Source of the DNA: Octopus vulgaris
Taxonomy: Eukaryota
Reading direction: 5' to 3'
Assembly: GCA_951406725.2 (NCBI GenBank)
Contig: OX597824.1
Location: forward strand, 48,918,001 to 48,982,000
DNA: 64,000 nt
Below are positions 1 through 12,583 of the stretch, in pieces; position 1 is the first letter of the stretch, and each line of letters begins with the position of its first letter. The notes under the pieces were generated by a model. That model was not told the origin of the DNA and made no database searches. It saw only the letters and a program-made list of their open reading frames with translations. The position numbers and the translations under genes are program-made.

Positions 1-179
1 TTAAATATGGCGACTCGCATGATCGGTTTGTTACTTTACACTTCGTTCAATCCCTGGCGCGAAACCGATTAGTTAGATTGACGGCGATGGATATATAAAG
101 CTGTACACTTCGGATAATATATATATATATATTATACGTAAATATAAGAGAGTAACCACTATGTGGTCGACTCTAGCAC

Positions 180-603
180 TAAAAATAGATCCGCTAGGTT
201 TCAGCCACGAAGAATTGTTTCCGATGAAAGTTAGCACGACTACTAGCGGAAACGAACAGGGCAAATAAAAATAACAAAAATGCAGATTAGTTCAGGACAA
301 TTGTTTCGCTATTAATAAATTATGTAATTTTACTCACATAACATATCTGTAGCTCCTCAGCTGAACCCGTCCAGAATACAAATTACTCAACCGCAAGCCC
401 GATTTTACCATAACGATAAACACACGTGCGGTTCAGTCGATTGCATTCGCTGTTATAATTCAAGTGCCCCCGCCACAGCCCGCCAAAATTCACGGAAACA
501 GATACTACATCAAAAATTTTGCCCTGTTCGTTTACGCTAGTAGTCGTGCTAACTTTCATCGGAAAAAATTCTTCGTGGCTGAAACCTAGCGGATCTATTT
601 TTA
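180..603 (-). mobile_element. Non-coding element with ~85-bp terminal inverted repeats and an internal hammerhead ribozyme
   Basis: 180-265 (taaaaatagatccgctaggtttcagcc...gaacagggcaaa) is the near-perfect reverse complement of 518-603; HHR at 290-366; (TA)n upstream and (TAGG)n downstream. Confidence 0.7.
290..366 (-). ncRNA. Type I hammerhead ribozyme with extended stem II
   Basis: Minus strand: gttcag CTGAGGA gcta...tagc GAAA caattg TC ctgaac. Stem I 6 bp, canonical core, G-C closing of stem II, palindromic stem III ACAATTGT, GUC cleavage triplet. Confidence 0.85.
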
Positions 604-805
604 TGCATGTATGTATGTAGGTAGGTAGGTAGGTAGGTCGGTAGGTAGGTAGGTAAGTAGGTAGGTATGTAGGCAGGCAGGCAGGCAGGCAGGCAGGCAG
701 ACAGGCAGACAAGCAGGCAAGTAGGCAGGCTGGTAAGTAGGTAGGTAGGTAGGTAGGTAGGTAGGTAGGTAGGTAGGTAGGTAGGTAGGTAGGTAGGTAG
801 ATAAG
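604..805. repeat. (TAGG)n/(CAGG)n microsatellite
   Basis: Direct tetranucleotide repeats. Confidence 0.95.
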
Positions 806-809
806 TAGA

Positions 810-1000
810 TGCTTCTACCCCAACGCTTGACGAGTGGTGTTGGTTTATTTACGTCTCCTTAAGTTAGCGGTTTGGCAAAAAAAAACTGAAGTAAAAAGTA
901 CCAGACTTAAAATAGAAATATTAATGTCAACTTACTCGACTAATACACTTTAGGCGGTGCCCCAGCATGACCGCCATCCAACGATTGAAACTAATAATAG
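810..1000 (+). mobile_element. 3' half of tRNA-derived SINE family A (decayed)
   Basis: Similar to 7345-7535 and 29325-29520 (cgcttgac...ggcggtgcyccagcatg). Confidence 0.65.
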
Positions 1001-1313
1001 ATATACACATATATATTTGGTATGTCTATTTATCAATGCTTGGAACAATACAGAAAGCAGTGTAGTTTATATTTTTATCAACATTAAGTCAAGGGACTAG
1101 AGTTTTCTAACTGTTGTCGCGAAACTTTGGGCCCTTGAGTTACTGTAGCATCTCCACACAAACAAACACAGACACATACACACTCACGCACACATATCAA
1201 TATGTAGTGTGTGTGTGTATATGTGTGTGTATGTGTGTGTGTGTATGTGTGTGTGTGTGTATTTATTCATGTGCATATATGTTTCGGCTGTGCTGGTTGC
1301 ATACGTCTGCATA

Positions 1314-1344
<31 letters not shown>

Positions 1345-1345
1345 C

Positions 1346-1391
<46 letters not shown>

Positions 1392-1806
1392 TGTGTCTGT
1401 GGGTATATGTCTAAATATATTTTTATAACATTGTGTATTTCTATACATAGATAATTAGCAGTCTGCCTTAGCCAAAATAAAATGCAGAGCCATTGATGTG
1501 TCTGAATACAGCATTGTTTCACGGCGGAGAAATAGATACGTGCAACTGGTGCAGAGTAATTATATTAATGGTATTTATAATAGTATCAAATGTATTGGTG
1601 AAGTTTGTTAATTTAAGAATGTAAGCCTCGTAGTAGTTACGTCAAATCATCCTGTCCGGGTTACAGTTCTCTCCAATAGTATCAACTGCATTGATTTGTC
1701 TGAATCACAATGTCAGCAATGAAAATTTAACCGCATTTTCTTTTCTTTTTTTTTTCTGTTGCTAACATGAGAATATAAATGGATGAGCAGATCAGATTGT
1801 GTATAG

Positions 1807-2024
1807 CAGTGGTTCTCAACCATTTTTCATCTATGGACCTCTATGATTCCAATGTTATTCTACTAGACCCTCATAGGCATTCGATATTTAAAAAAGTGCC
1901 ATTATATTTTTATAATGAAATATTATTAGGAATTGGATTAAAAAATATATTGCACATAAATTTAAACTGCAAATGTCTTATGTGGCACTCCAGGGGCCAT
2001 ATGGACCCCGATTGAGAAGCACTT
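1807..2024. mobile_element. hAT (Charlie-like) MITE
   Basis: Termini cagtggttctcaacc / gattgagaagcactt; near-identical 8-bp flanks gtgtatag / gtgtagag. Confidence 0.7.
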
Positions 2025-4685
2025 GTGTAGAGGGACAGCCAGTCGAGAAATCGGTGTTTCAATCTTTGTTGTCAGCATTGTCTTCGGGGTGAAAAGACTT
2101 AATCTTGAAACAGTTGCATTTTTATCTGGCTGTAAGTTAGAACTACACAGTAAGAACAATTCATCTCCGTAAACAGCGACAGCATTGTAAATATGGCGAA
2201 TGTTTCGTCAGTAGGCCGTGCGAGGTTCAGTTGCGTACTTTTGTTGACATATGGTAGCAGTGGATAGGTTATGTGAGAATTACTGTATTTAAGATAAACT
2301 GCTTGAAGACATGGCTTTGTAAGAGTTATCGTTATTTTGAGACAGCCTGAACACTAGTTCCATCATTCCTTTGAGACAGCCTGCATGAAGGAACAACTAT
2401 TTTTCTGGGGTTTCCTATACAAGCAATTAATTTGCCTATATATGGTGTGCGCTCGTGGTGAGAAGTATATGTACACCATTACTGTCATAAGAGATCAGAC
2501 AAGTAGCACTCAGAATCTATATTGTCTCTTATAAATATTCCTAATCTGTTTGAAATGAAAGTAGGATCCTTCTCCAATAAATAAAACAATTATAGTGAAA
2601 GGTCAATCTGATGTCTAGTAAGTACGGACAACTCTGGACAAATTTCAGTCTTATTAAGCGTCTTCAGTGAAGCAAATTTTTGCCTTTACTTACCAGAACT
2701 TAAAATGATCGAGTCAAAAAATGAATTTTCGACATCACATGCCTTCTACATGAAAAACATAGATAATTGGAGATTAAATTTCTTAACATACCTACTTGAA
2801 TGAGAAGTATGTAAGTATATGTTTAACTCTATGTTACAACTCCACACACATGAGACAATTAGGGAGCTTCCATGTGGTTAGTCGACATGCTAAAAATATC
2901 AACCAAGTTTTACTCATATCAAGTCCTACCATCTATGGATAACTTAGTCTTAGTATAATATTCTGATCATTGAACACGGTGGCGATAACTGGAACGTTTT
3001 TCATCAGAGTTTGATAAAGATTGATGCAGAAGAAAATACCAATATCGCCCATTTTGCGGTTGTCTGGGCCGAGAAAATATCTTTTAAAGCTACGTATGAT
3101 AAAATACTTGACGTACAAGTTTTAAGACATTTGCTTTGGTTACCAGTCAGTGGAAAAACTAACCTACAGGAAAATCCTTACAATGGACTCTGCTGACAGC
3201 CGAATCAGTCATACTCGTAGCTCGGACAAATATCGTTGATAGTACTTCCACTTCTATACCTATAGCGTTTATCCTGAAGCAGCTGTACTCCGCTGTAGCA
3301 CAACAGGATCAGGCATTTCTGAAAGTTATTCATATTTCCTGGGATGAAAATCCACTAGGATGGATTGCTTGATTAACCTTCGTTGACGTCAGTCTCCTTT
3401 AAAATGTTGTTGTTCATGTCTATCACTAATATTCTATAAAAATGCAAAGATTGCTCTACCACCAGCTGCATTGCCCACTGGTAGAGAACAGTGAGTCACT
3501 CAAGACTGAGTCGTCTAAAGTATAAATACCAGCTTCGTAAGATTTTAAAAATCTAAATAGATACTCAAGTTTAAATTGCTCTACTAACAGAGTGAATTCT
3601 GGCGAAGTAAAAACGTTTAGAAAAATAAGAGTAGCGAAAATAATGTTGACCAACAAGTCTAGACTGATGGTGATGCACCCAAAATCGGCTCCATTCCTAT
3701 TAGAAGCCATTTCACTTCAAATACGTAGAAAATACTGTTAATGCCACGAGCTTCACAACATATAACACTATCGCCATCATCCTCTAAAATTTCAGAAACT
3801 TTGTGCCTAAGGTTAGTATTTTTCTGTGTGTTAGCATTTTACATATTTTTCATTTCATATATATTTGGGACTCATTGACTTAGATAGCTGGATTTAAGAT
3901 TTCACTAGGTTAATTCTATTCATAAAAAATTAAATTAAGAGTAGGGATATAGTGGAACAAAGAAACAGTGTGTGGTACAGATAATTTGACACTATTTTTG
4001 TTAATTCTGGATGCAAAAACATATAAGATACAGGTATTTTTTTACCTTGAGACAAATTCTTTGTTGACTAGTGTTATTCTTATCGTAGTTTACAAATCCA
4101 AGCATGAAAACGTTACTCAACTTTGTAGTTTCGGAGACAGACCCCCCCTTTTCAACCCTCCCACACACACACATACGCACTTATATATTAATGATGTACA
4201 CAAATACATGACAGGTATACATAATACTGAAAAACGCATAAAGTAAACACATACAGACAAATATATTAATATAACAGCAATGAGACTGGAAGGCTACATT
4301 ATTATAGCCGATTTTCAGGTTTTTGCTTCCTTTAAAAAAAATGCCTATTTTGCGAATGAAAAAAAATGGATCCCTTTCTTAGATATTACAGATTAAAAAA
4401 TTCCTTATTGGATATTTCCTATTGATATAAATTTGAATTTATCCCCACTTAAACGTGAATGTTCTGTTAGAACAAACTTTACTGCGGTATTTACCACGAG
4501 AGAAAGTCTCACACAGGATTTTTGGTGCGAAATGCACTCTTTTTATCTCGGCATCGGGGGCGATAATTTGAGATATTCTTAATATTTGAACAAATTATGC
4601 GGTTTGAAATGAGAGCGATAGTATTTTGGGAGGATGGTTTTTATTATAACTTTAAAAGAAAAAGTTCAAAATTAATAAGCAATTC

Positions 4686-4757
4686 TGGAGATGCTGGGTA
4701 TCGAACCCAGGGCCTTTCGCATGCAAAGCGAACGCTCTACCACTGAGCTACATCCCC
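4686..4757 (-). tRNA. tRNA-Ala, anticodon TGC
   Basis: GGGGATG-TA-GCTC-AGTGGTA-GAGC-G-TTCGC-TTTGCAT-GCGAA-AGGCC-CTGGG-TTCGATA-CCCAG-CATCTCC-A. All four stems pair, G3:U70 Ala identity pair present, T-run about 15 nt downstream. Confidence 0.97.
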
Positions 4758-4914
4758 TCAGTTGCTGGCCGCTGACGAAATACCGTTTTTATCAAGAAAC
4801 AAATGCTGATTGAACAATTTGTATAGATGGTAGTTTATTCCACTGTCATTTTTCGATGTTTTTTTTTTTAAATAATGGCATATCTATGAACTGACATTCG
4901 AGGCTACCAAAAAC

Positions 4915-5285
4915 TGTTGTTGTTGTTGTTGTTGTTTGTGTTGTTGCTGTTGCTGCTGCTACTGCTGCGGTTATTGTTGTGGCCTCTACAGTTGCTGTTG
5001 TTGTTGCTGGTGTTGCTTCTGATACTATAGTTCATTGTTATTGCTCTTGTTGTTAATGATGCTGCTACTACTGCTGCTACTACTGCTGCTTCTGATGATG
5101 TTATTACTATTGTTGTTGTTTTGGGTGTTGTTGTTGTTATTGATGTTATTTCTACTGTTGCTGTTCTTGTTGCTGTTGTCTCTGTCGTTGCTGCTACTGT
5201 TGTTGTTGTTGCAGATAATGATGATGTTACTACTGCTGCTCCTGCTGCTGTTGTTGCTGTTCTTGTTGTTGTTGTTGTCGTTGTT
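4915..5285. repeat. Degenerate (TGT/TGC)n trinucleotide low-complexity tract
   Basis: Direct reading; explains the poly-L/poly-N/poly-T ORFs. Confidence 0.9.
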
Positions 5286-5883
5286 GTACTGCTCCGAGTC
5301 ATTTCTGTTCAAACAGATCGATAGTTCACAGATAACCGATTGAACGACTAAATTTCTTGTATGCAGTAATTGGAGTGTTATAGTCTAGACATGCCACACG
5401 CTCTCCATTGACCGTAGATGTTGTTTAGCCTCAGGTTATTCCTGAACCAGATGACCAGCAATTAGAGGCGTTACAGACGTGACCATCCAGTCATTTTTCC
5501 TGGTACAGTGCATCTAGGGGTGCATTACCGAATGTGCTCTTACATTTTCAAGACGACTGATATGATTTGAGTGAGTTTGGACTACTATTTTTAGCAGCTC
5601 CATTATATTGTTGCTGCTTTATTGTAATGTTGTTGTTGTTGTTGCTGTTGTTGTTGTTCTTCTTCTTCTTCTTCTTCTTCTTCTTCTTCTTCTTCTTCTT
5701 CTTCTTTTTCTTCTTTTTCTTCTTCTTCTTCTTCTTCTTCTTCTTCTTCTTCTTCAACGCCAGGTCAATTTTATTCACAATCACAATAAACGTGACCATC
5801 CTGTTTATTTACTTATTTATAGTTACGAGTGGTGGCTATTTGAGAATTGGTTATTCATTTTGCCCCCACCCACCGCATTTTTT
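5285..5883 (+). repeat. Source copy of a ~590-bp segment duplicated at 9715-10286
   Basis: Near-identical from tgtaytgctccgagtc to cccacccaccgcatttttt, including the (TTG)(TTC)n microsatellite. Confidence 0.95.
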
Positions 5884-6834
5884 TAAGACGATAAGATGAG
5901 ATTGAACTGGGGACTTTACGGCTTGATACGATATGCTTTTTTTTTTTTTTAAGTTTTCTGAAGACGGTTTATTACGCAAATTACGAAAATTATAATCATA
6001 TTTTTTTCTTTAAGAAATTAAAAACTGAACTTTTTAAAAACTGAAAGTTTTGATAATTTCAACCAATCAGATGCAGCCAATCTTAACATGTTAATTCTAG
6101 CAGGTCGAGCTCCAACGAGAAGCGGACGATGGGGACTGGATCAAAGTGTGTCATTTGTTGTTTGTTCCAGTACTCATACCAACTCAGCTTTTTCATCTAA
6201 CGACAATGATGATGATAATGATGATGACAACGACGATGACGACGAGGATATTTTAGCGTGTGTGTGTACTTGCTTGTCCAGGGTGAGTAAAGGATATTGT
6301 GTTTCGTTTCGCTTTGTTTTATCTTGAGGTTTTCCCTGGAATGTTATAGATGGATCTATCTTGAGTAGCTCATGCCATGTTATATCAGTTAATATTGCTT
6401 TATATTACTAAAATTCAGTGGATATATGGAACGTGGATCACTAAATAACTACTGCTATACAAAATCGAGCAATTACATCAGGGCTTCTCAAGCATTTTTA
6501 GTTCTCGTATTATTTCTTTTACTAACACTTTCAATGCTACAACTACCGCCCTTACTTCGATTCAGTAAAATCGAATACACTACAATAAGATAGCTACCGA
6601 CAGTGTGATCACTATTTAAAAGCTATTTGCACATGTCCTGGCGGTGACTTTAACCTGCACCCTGTTGTGGGGTTCTGGTTCTAGAATTCTAAGGTTTTGA
6701 GGAGTGTGGAACCATCTTTTTGCCACTATTATTTCCAGGTCAACTCTGTCCCTGAGTAGTAGCATTTGTCAGGGTCCCAGCTATGGATTAAATTTACATA
6801 TTAGAGCTTACCTACCTATGAAATGAAGACTAGG

Positions 6835-7070
6835 TCCTTCATGGGTCAAGATGAGGCAAATAAGATATTTTGGTCATCCACCGCATCCGTCTCCATCTCC
6901 AGTCGTCTTGACCTGGTCTTGCAACTGGATTGAAGATGGTCACAGATGAGAGAGTGAGGTTGACTGATCGTACGCAACTCTTCTCCACTCTAAACAAAGT
7001 CACCGTGCAAATCACCAGTCTTCCTTAAGGATGGCGACATGGTCCTCGTCACTCCAACAGACGAACGTAC
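6835..7070 (+). mobile_element. Probable RTE-derived non-autonomous (bipartite) element
   Basis: ccatctccagtcgtcttgacc...gttgactgatcgtacgcaactc...catggtcctc...gacgaac resembles, from recall, RTE 5'UTR plus 3'-end bipartite elements; not searched. Confidence 0.45.
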
Positions 7071-7095
7071 TTACACATAAGTTATTTCATCATAG

Positions 7096-7271
7096 ACGCA
7101 GGCGTGGCTTTGTGGTAAGAAGCTTGCTTTCCAACCACATGGTTATGGGTTCAGTCCCACTGCGTGGCACCTAGGACAAGCCTCTTCTACTAAAGCCTTG
7201 GGCCGACCAAAACCTTGTGAGTAGATTTGGTAGACGGAAACTGAAAGAATCCCGTCATGTATGTATGTGTA

Positions 7272-7337
<66 letters not shown>

Positions 7338-7560
7338 TGTGTCTGTGTTTGTCCCCCATCATCGCTTGACAACCGGTGTTTATGTATTTACGTCCCCGTA
7401 ACGGCTCGGCAAAGAGACCGATAGAATAAGTACTAGACTTATAAGTAAGTTCTGGGGTCGAATTGTTCGACAAAAACACTTCAAGGTGGTGCTCCAGCAG
7501 GGCCGCACTCAAATGACTAAAACAAGTAAAATAAATAAAGAAAAGAATAAAAGAAAAGAA
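7096..7560 (+). mobile_element. tRNA-derived SINE family A, full composite copy with internal (TG)n
   Basis: A/B-box-like head (tggtaagaagc...ggttcagtccc), body, microsatellite, 3' half and (AAAGA)n tail; more than 10 related copies in the window. Confidence 0.85.
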
Positions 7561-7609
7561 TCAAAAGAATTTAGATTGCCAAAATAACATTTCGACCACT
7601 TATATTGGA

Positions 7610-7815
7610 TTCAAATTTTGGCACAAGGCCAGCAAATTGGATGAGGAGCTAAACCCATTACATCGACCCCAGTACTGAACTAGTACTTATTATCGACTCT
7701 GAAAGGATGAAAGACAAAGTCGACCCCGGCGTTATTTGATCCAAGAACGTAAAAACGGACGAAATGCCGCTAAACCTTTTGCCCGGCGTGCTAATGACTC
7801 TGCCAGCACGCTGCC
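7610..7815 (-). mobile_element. tRNA-derived SINE family B
   Basis: Matches 24960-25172, 35860-36048 and 50440-50640 (gctggcagaatcgttagcacgccgggc...gtcgactttg). Confidence 0.8.
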
Positions 7816-8799
7816 TTTTCGACTGTGGTGTTTGTGGTGTTATGGGCTGTGATGATCTATGTGGTGTTGGTGGAGAGGATTGCAGATGAGGTAGACGGAA
7901 GTGAAAACTGCAGGGGCCGGCGGCACAGTCAAGGGCACATGCGTGGGCAGGAAGCACGTGGGGGAGTTCGAGGAGATACAGCAGCATGCAAGGACGTGTT
8001 TATTTCTTGACAGTGATCGCTCACCCCGCCTATGTCAACAGGTAAGGTCTCTGTATTTCTTTCTCCCGTTTGTTTCTTTTTCCTCCATCACACTACATCG
8101 ACTATTTATATTATCAGATGATTCGTACACAGAATAAAAATTGAAAATAATTTTGGGCAATTAAAAGATGTATCAATCGCCCCTTCCCTGTTCTGTTCCC
8201 GGTACCCAGCACCACCCTCTTTGAGAATCCACTAGCTTAGACAAAAGCAGCACTTAGCCTGACCTGAGTGTTTCTTGCACTCAATTTCGTAGTCTATTTT
8301 TAATAAAGTTATAGTTCCTCAGTCAACCGAAAAACTCACTGTGGTGGATATTTTAGATAAGATAAAGACGCTAGAATAATGCTGTTGTTCTTGTTATTGT
8401 TGATACTGTCGTTGTTGTTGTCGTTATTGTTGTTGTTACTGTCGTCGTCGTTGTTACTATTTCTGCTGCTGTTGTTGTTGCTGTTGTTAGCTATTTTTGT
8501 TATTGTTGTTCTTGTTGTTACTACGACTAGTTGATGTTGTTGTTGTTACTTGTGACCAGTTGTTGTTGTTACCGCTGTTGCTACTATTATTGTTTTTCTT
8601 GCAGTTGTTGTTATTATTATAGCTGCTGCTGCTGCTGCCGCCGCTGCTGCTGTTTGTTGCCGCTGCAATTATTGTCGTTATTGTTGCTGAAGTTATGGTT
8701 TTGTTTGAAGTCAGTTAAGCTGGAGCAGGCTTATGGTTAAAGACTTGCCGGTCGTAATCATCTCGTTGTTGTTGGTTTCTTTTTTTACTTTTATTTTTC

Positions 8800-9145
8800 A
8801 GACATCGTGGCACTCCGTCGGTTACGACGACAAGGGTTCCAGTTGATCCGATCAACGGAACAGCCTGAGCACTCTTAACATAGTTCTCGGGGAGATTCAG
8901 CGTGACACAGTGTGTGACAAGGCTGGTTCCTTTGAAATACAGATACAACAGAAACAGGAAGAAAGAGTGAGAGAAAGTTGAGGTGAAAGAGTACAGTAGG
9001 GTTCGCTACCACCCCCTGCCGAAGCCTCGTAGAGCTTTAGGTGTTTTCGCTCAATAAACACTCACAACGCCCAGTCTGGGAATCGAAACCGCTATCCTAC
9101 GACCGCGAGTGTCCCGCCCTAACCACTGGAGCATTGCGCCTCCAC
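8800..9145 (-). mobile_element. tRNA-derived SINE family C
   Basis: Reverse complement of the head at 60364 (tggaggcgcaatggcccagtggttag...ttcgattccc); also at 27215-27406 and 45551-45620. Confidence 0.8.
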
Positions 9146-9199
9146 TTTCAGGCATAATATACAAAGGAAAGGACTAGAGTTTTCAATGTCTTGTTCGAT

Positions 9200-10513
9200 T
9201 TTTTAAACGTTATAGATCTCGTTAGGGAAATTTGGTCCCTTTCTCCATTCGACTCTACGGCGTGTCATGCTTATGTGGCAGTTTCCCATTTCTTTACACA
9301 GTTCTTTGCATTTTTATTGAACCCTGCAAGTTCTTTTGTGTTGCAGAGGTTAGTAGAGGAGGATAGACAAGGCAATGCTCCTTAGAATAGTCTGTTTCAC
9401 TACGTTCACAGGTGACTGGGCCAGGCTGACCAAAGCAACTCACCAGATTAGTTTTTGATCGTCCAACTCTCGTTCTCAGGTAGCTGAGTATCTTCCACTA
9501 AATCCATGGTGTTTCTGAGCCAGGAGGAAAGAACTTCAGCAGGGAGATTCCCGTATTAACTGGAGAAGGTTCATTCTTAAGCTTTTCAACCAGAGCCGGA
9601 ATCTGGTAACTACCAGAGATGTTGTTAGGGGCCGGACACAGCGGAGGAAGCTTCTTCATGACTTTAGTGTTTGGGCCGAGGGTTGGCGTCTATTGAGGAG
9701 ATAGCTTTCTCGACTGTATTGCTCCGAGTCATTTCTGTTCAAACAGATCGATTGTTCACAGATAACCGATTGAACGACTAAATTTCTTGTATGCAGTAAG
9801 TGGAGTGTTATAGTCTAGACATGTCACACGCTCTCCATTGACCGTAGATGTTGTTTAGCCTCAGGTTATTCCTGAACCAGATGACCAGCAATTAGAGGCG
9901 TTACAGACGTGACCATCCAGTCATTTTTCCTGGTACAGTGCATCTAGGGATGCATTACCGAATGTGCTCTTACATTTTCAAGACGACTGATATGATTTGA
10001 GTGAGTTTGGACTACTATTTTTAGCAGCTCCATTATATTGTTGCTGCTTTATTGTAATGTTGTTGTTGTTCTTTTTCTTCTTCTTCTTCTTCTTTTTCTT
10101 CTTCTTCTTCTTCTTCTTCTTCTTCTTCTTCTTCTTCTTCTTCTTCTTCTTCTTCTTCAACGCCAGGTCAATTTTATTCACAATCACAATAAACGTGACC
10201 ATCCTGTTTATTTACTTATTTATAGTTACGAGTGGTGGCTATCCGAGAATTGGTTATTCATTGTGCCCCCACCCACCGCATTTTTTGTCATCTCGACTCG
10301 ACTGCTTCCTTCATATCTCATATCAGCAGGGACAGTGTTAACGCGAAGGTACAGGTTGTTTATGTTGATGAGTTTCATGCGACCAGTGATCAGGCGGCAG
10401 GTGTTGTTTAATATTGAGTCAAGTTACTTGACATGCATACTCCGCAGAAAAACACAACGGTTGTTTTTGTCGGATAAAGAGAGTGTGCGGAGGGTACTGC
10501 GTTGACTGGGGGT
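9200..10513 (-). mobile_element. Decayed non-LTR retrotransposon 3' region, interrupted by the duplicated segment
   Basis: Minus-strand fragments LDSILNNTCRLITG and PGSETPWI*WKILSYLRTRVGRSKTNL resemble post-RT C-terminal LINE sequence. Confidence 0.65.
9715..10286 (+). repeat. Inserted copy of 5285-5883
   Basis: Near-identical to 5285-5883; flanked by tctcgact at 9708-9715 and 10291-10298. Confidence 0.95.
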
Positions 10514-10598
10514 AGATTGTTAGTTTCATTGCAGTACCGAACTAAATGCTTCCCTTTAGAATAGATGCCAATTTTATATTTGGGTAGATTTAATTGAC

Positions 10599-11183
10599 GG
10601 ATCTTTTCCTTTTGAACGGCACTTTGTAACATAATTTCTAGGTAACTACAAAGTTTTAAACTTTGTATACTGGTAGAATGTGTTTATAAAACATCATTTT
10701 CTCTTGGCTTTATTAAGAAAATTCTATAGGTTGTAAGATATTTCGTCTTTAATTTCGAGCATTTCGGCAATTTTAACCAATCACTGATGTCCATTTAGGC
10801 AAATAACATTCTGTGCATAATGAATATGTCTCCTTTAAGAAACAGATTGGGTTTATTTACATTTGTGAAGAAAAAAAGATGCCCTTCCCCAACCCCTAAC
10901 CCTAACCCTAACTAACTCTAACTCTAACCCTAAATCTAAAATAGATTGAAATGCAACAGATCGATACTAGGGCCATAATTATGGGTGACATTTTCATTTG
11001 ACACCGCTAGAAAAAAATCCCATTTTCCGTAGCGGTGTCGTATGAAATTGTCACCCATAATTATAACCCTAGTATCGATCTATTTTAGATTTAGGATTAG
11101 AGTTAGGGTTAGTTAGGGTTAGGGTTAGGGTGGGGGAAGGGTATCTTTTTCTTCCCAAATGTAAATAATCCCAATATGTCTCT
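10599..11183. mobile_element. Telomere-repeat-containing MITE copy with an inverted duplication of its right part
   Basis: 10599-11017 aligns to 24265-24672; 11030-11183 is the reverse complement of about 10838-11010, (CCCTAA)n versus (TTAGGG)n. Confidence 0.8.
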
Positions 11184-11251
11184 TTGGCCGAACCGCTAAG
11201 TTACAGTGACGTAAACACACCAGCATCGGTTGTCAAGCGATGTTGGGGTGA

Positions 11252-11288
<37 letters not shown>

Positions 11289-11620
11289 GACAGGCTTCTT
11301 TCATTTTCCATCTACCAAATCCACTCACAAGGCTTTGGTTGGCCCGAGGATATAGTAGAAGACACTTGCCTAAGATGCCACGCAATGGGACTGAACCCAG
11401 AACCATGTGGTCGGTAAGCAAGCTACATACCACGCAGCCACTCCTTCATACACGCACGCGCGCGATGGGCTTCCACAAAGTTCCCGTCTGCCAAATTCTC
11501 CCATAAGGCATTGGTCGCCCAAGAGCTGTTGTAAAAGACAAATGTCCAAAGTGTCACACAATCAGACTGAACCCAAAACCACGTGGTTGCGAAGCGAACT
11601 TCTCAACCACATACCCATGT
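11184..11620 (-). mobile_element. Two adjacent SINE family A fragments
   Basis: Reverse complement of the family A head and body. Confidence 0.75.
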
Positions 11621-12363
11621 ATGTACTTAGTTTAATTCACTTACGCACACTTGTTTGCTTATCTCTCAAAAAAAAAAAGGACCTGATCGCCTGAGAACCG
11701 TAACAGTTATAAACCAGTCACTCTTCATCCGCTTCATTCCAGTATCTTCCAAATTTTTCAGGAATTTAGTTTAGGACACAGAACCTACGTCTGATACGAT
11801 TCGAAACACCGATAACTCTATCAGCTTGGCCACTGATGCACTCAAATGGATTGACCATAGATGCCTTCAACTACTTTAGCCTTCGCTGTTGTATTTTATA
11901 TAATTTCAACGATATCTCTAAGTGCACCTGCACTGGTGATATATGGCTGTTGGAGTGTGGTATTGATGTGTTGCCTCTGTCTATATGAATGCGTGTGTAT
12001 GTCAATGTATGTGTGCGTGTGTGTGTGTGTGTAAGTGAGAACGCGTGTGTATGTGTGTGTACATATGTGTGCATATTTGCATGTTTGCATGTGTGCAGAC
12101 AGAGGTGATGGTGGTAGGGATGAAAGAGAGAGAGAAACGAAAATAATAGGAAGACAAAACAGATGAAACGCGAAAAGAAAAGGGAGGAAAAGTATGGTGT
12201 GTGTGTGTGTGTATTTAGGTGTATGTATGAGTGTTATATATATATATACACACACACACACACAACAAAATGCAATATATGTGTATATGTATGCATGTGT
12301 GTGTGCGCGCGCGTGTAGAAAGTTAGGCAGGCAGACAGACTGACAGACAGACAGACAGACAGT

Positions 12364-12428
<65 letters not shown>

Positions 12429-12531
12429 GATAGATAGATAAGAGGAGAGGAAAAAGCTTCGACAGACGGGAACAGATTTTAAAAAAGTGACATAAAATAT
12501 GAAATAGAATGAAGGGTTTAATAAAAGAGGA

Positions 12532-12583
<52 letters not shown>

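Noticed and set aside
1262-1315. Possible decayed HHR (GAAACATATATG followed by AATAAA) on the minus strand
   Set aside because: Core has two or more mismatches and the cleavage triplet is lost
2630-2675. HHR-like CTGAAGA...GAAA...GTC on the minus strand
   Set aside because: Stem I and stem III do not pair
3011-3710. Short non-repetitive ORFs (3011-3196, 3456-3710)
   Set aside because: No recognisable domain or supporting splice structure
7826-8047. GC-rich block with a cag|gtaagg donor and a VIAHPAY protease-like peptide
   Set aside because: Too short, no catalytic motifs or companion exons; likely chance or an unrecognised repeat
5285-10286. Direct repeats as the LTRs of a retrotransposon (TG start, CA near the end)
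   Set aside because: No PBS, PPT, gag/pol or outer TSD; the second copy sits inside a LINE with its own duplication
10895-11130. Telomere or chromosome-fusion site
   Set aside because: The arrays are only a few units long and lie inside a MITE also present at 24265-24696
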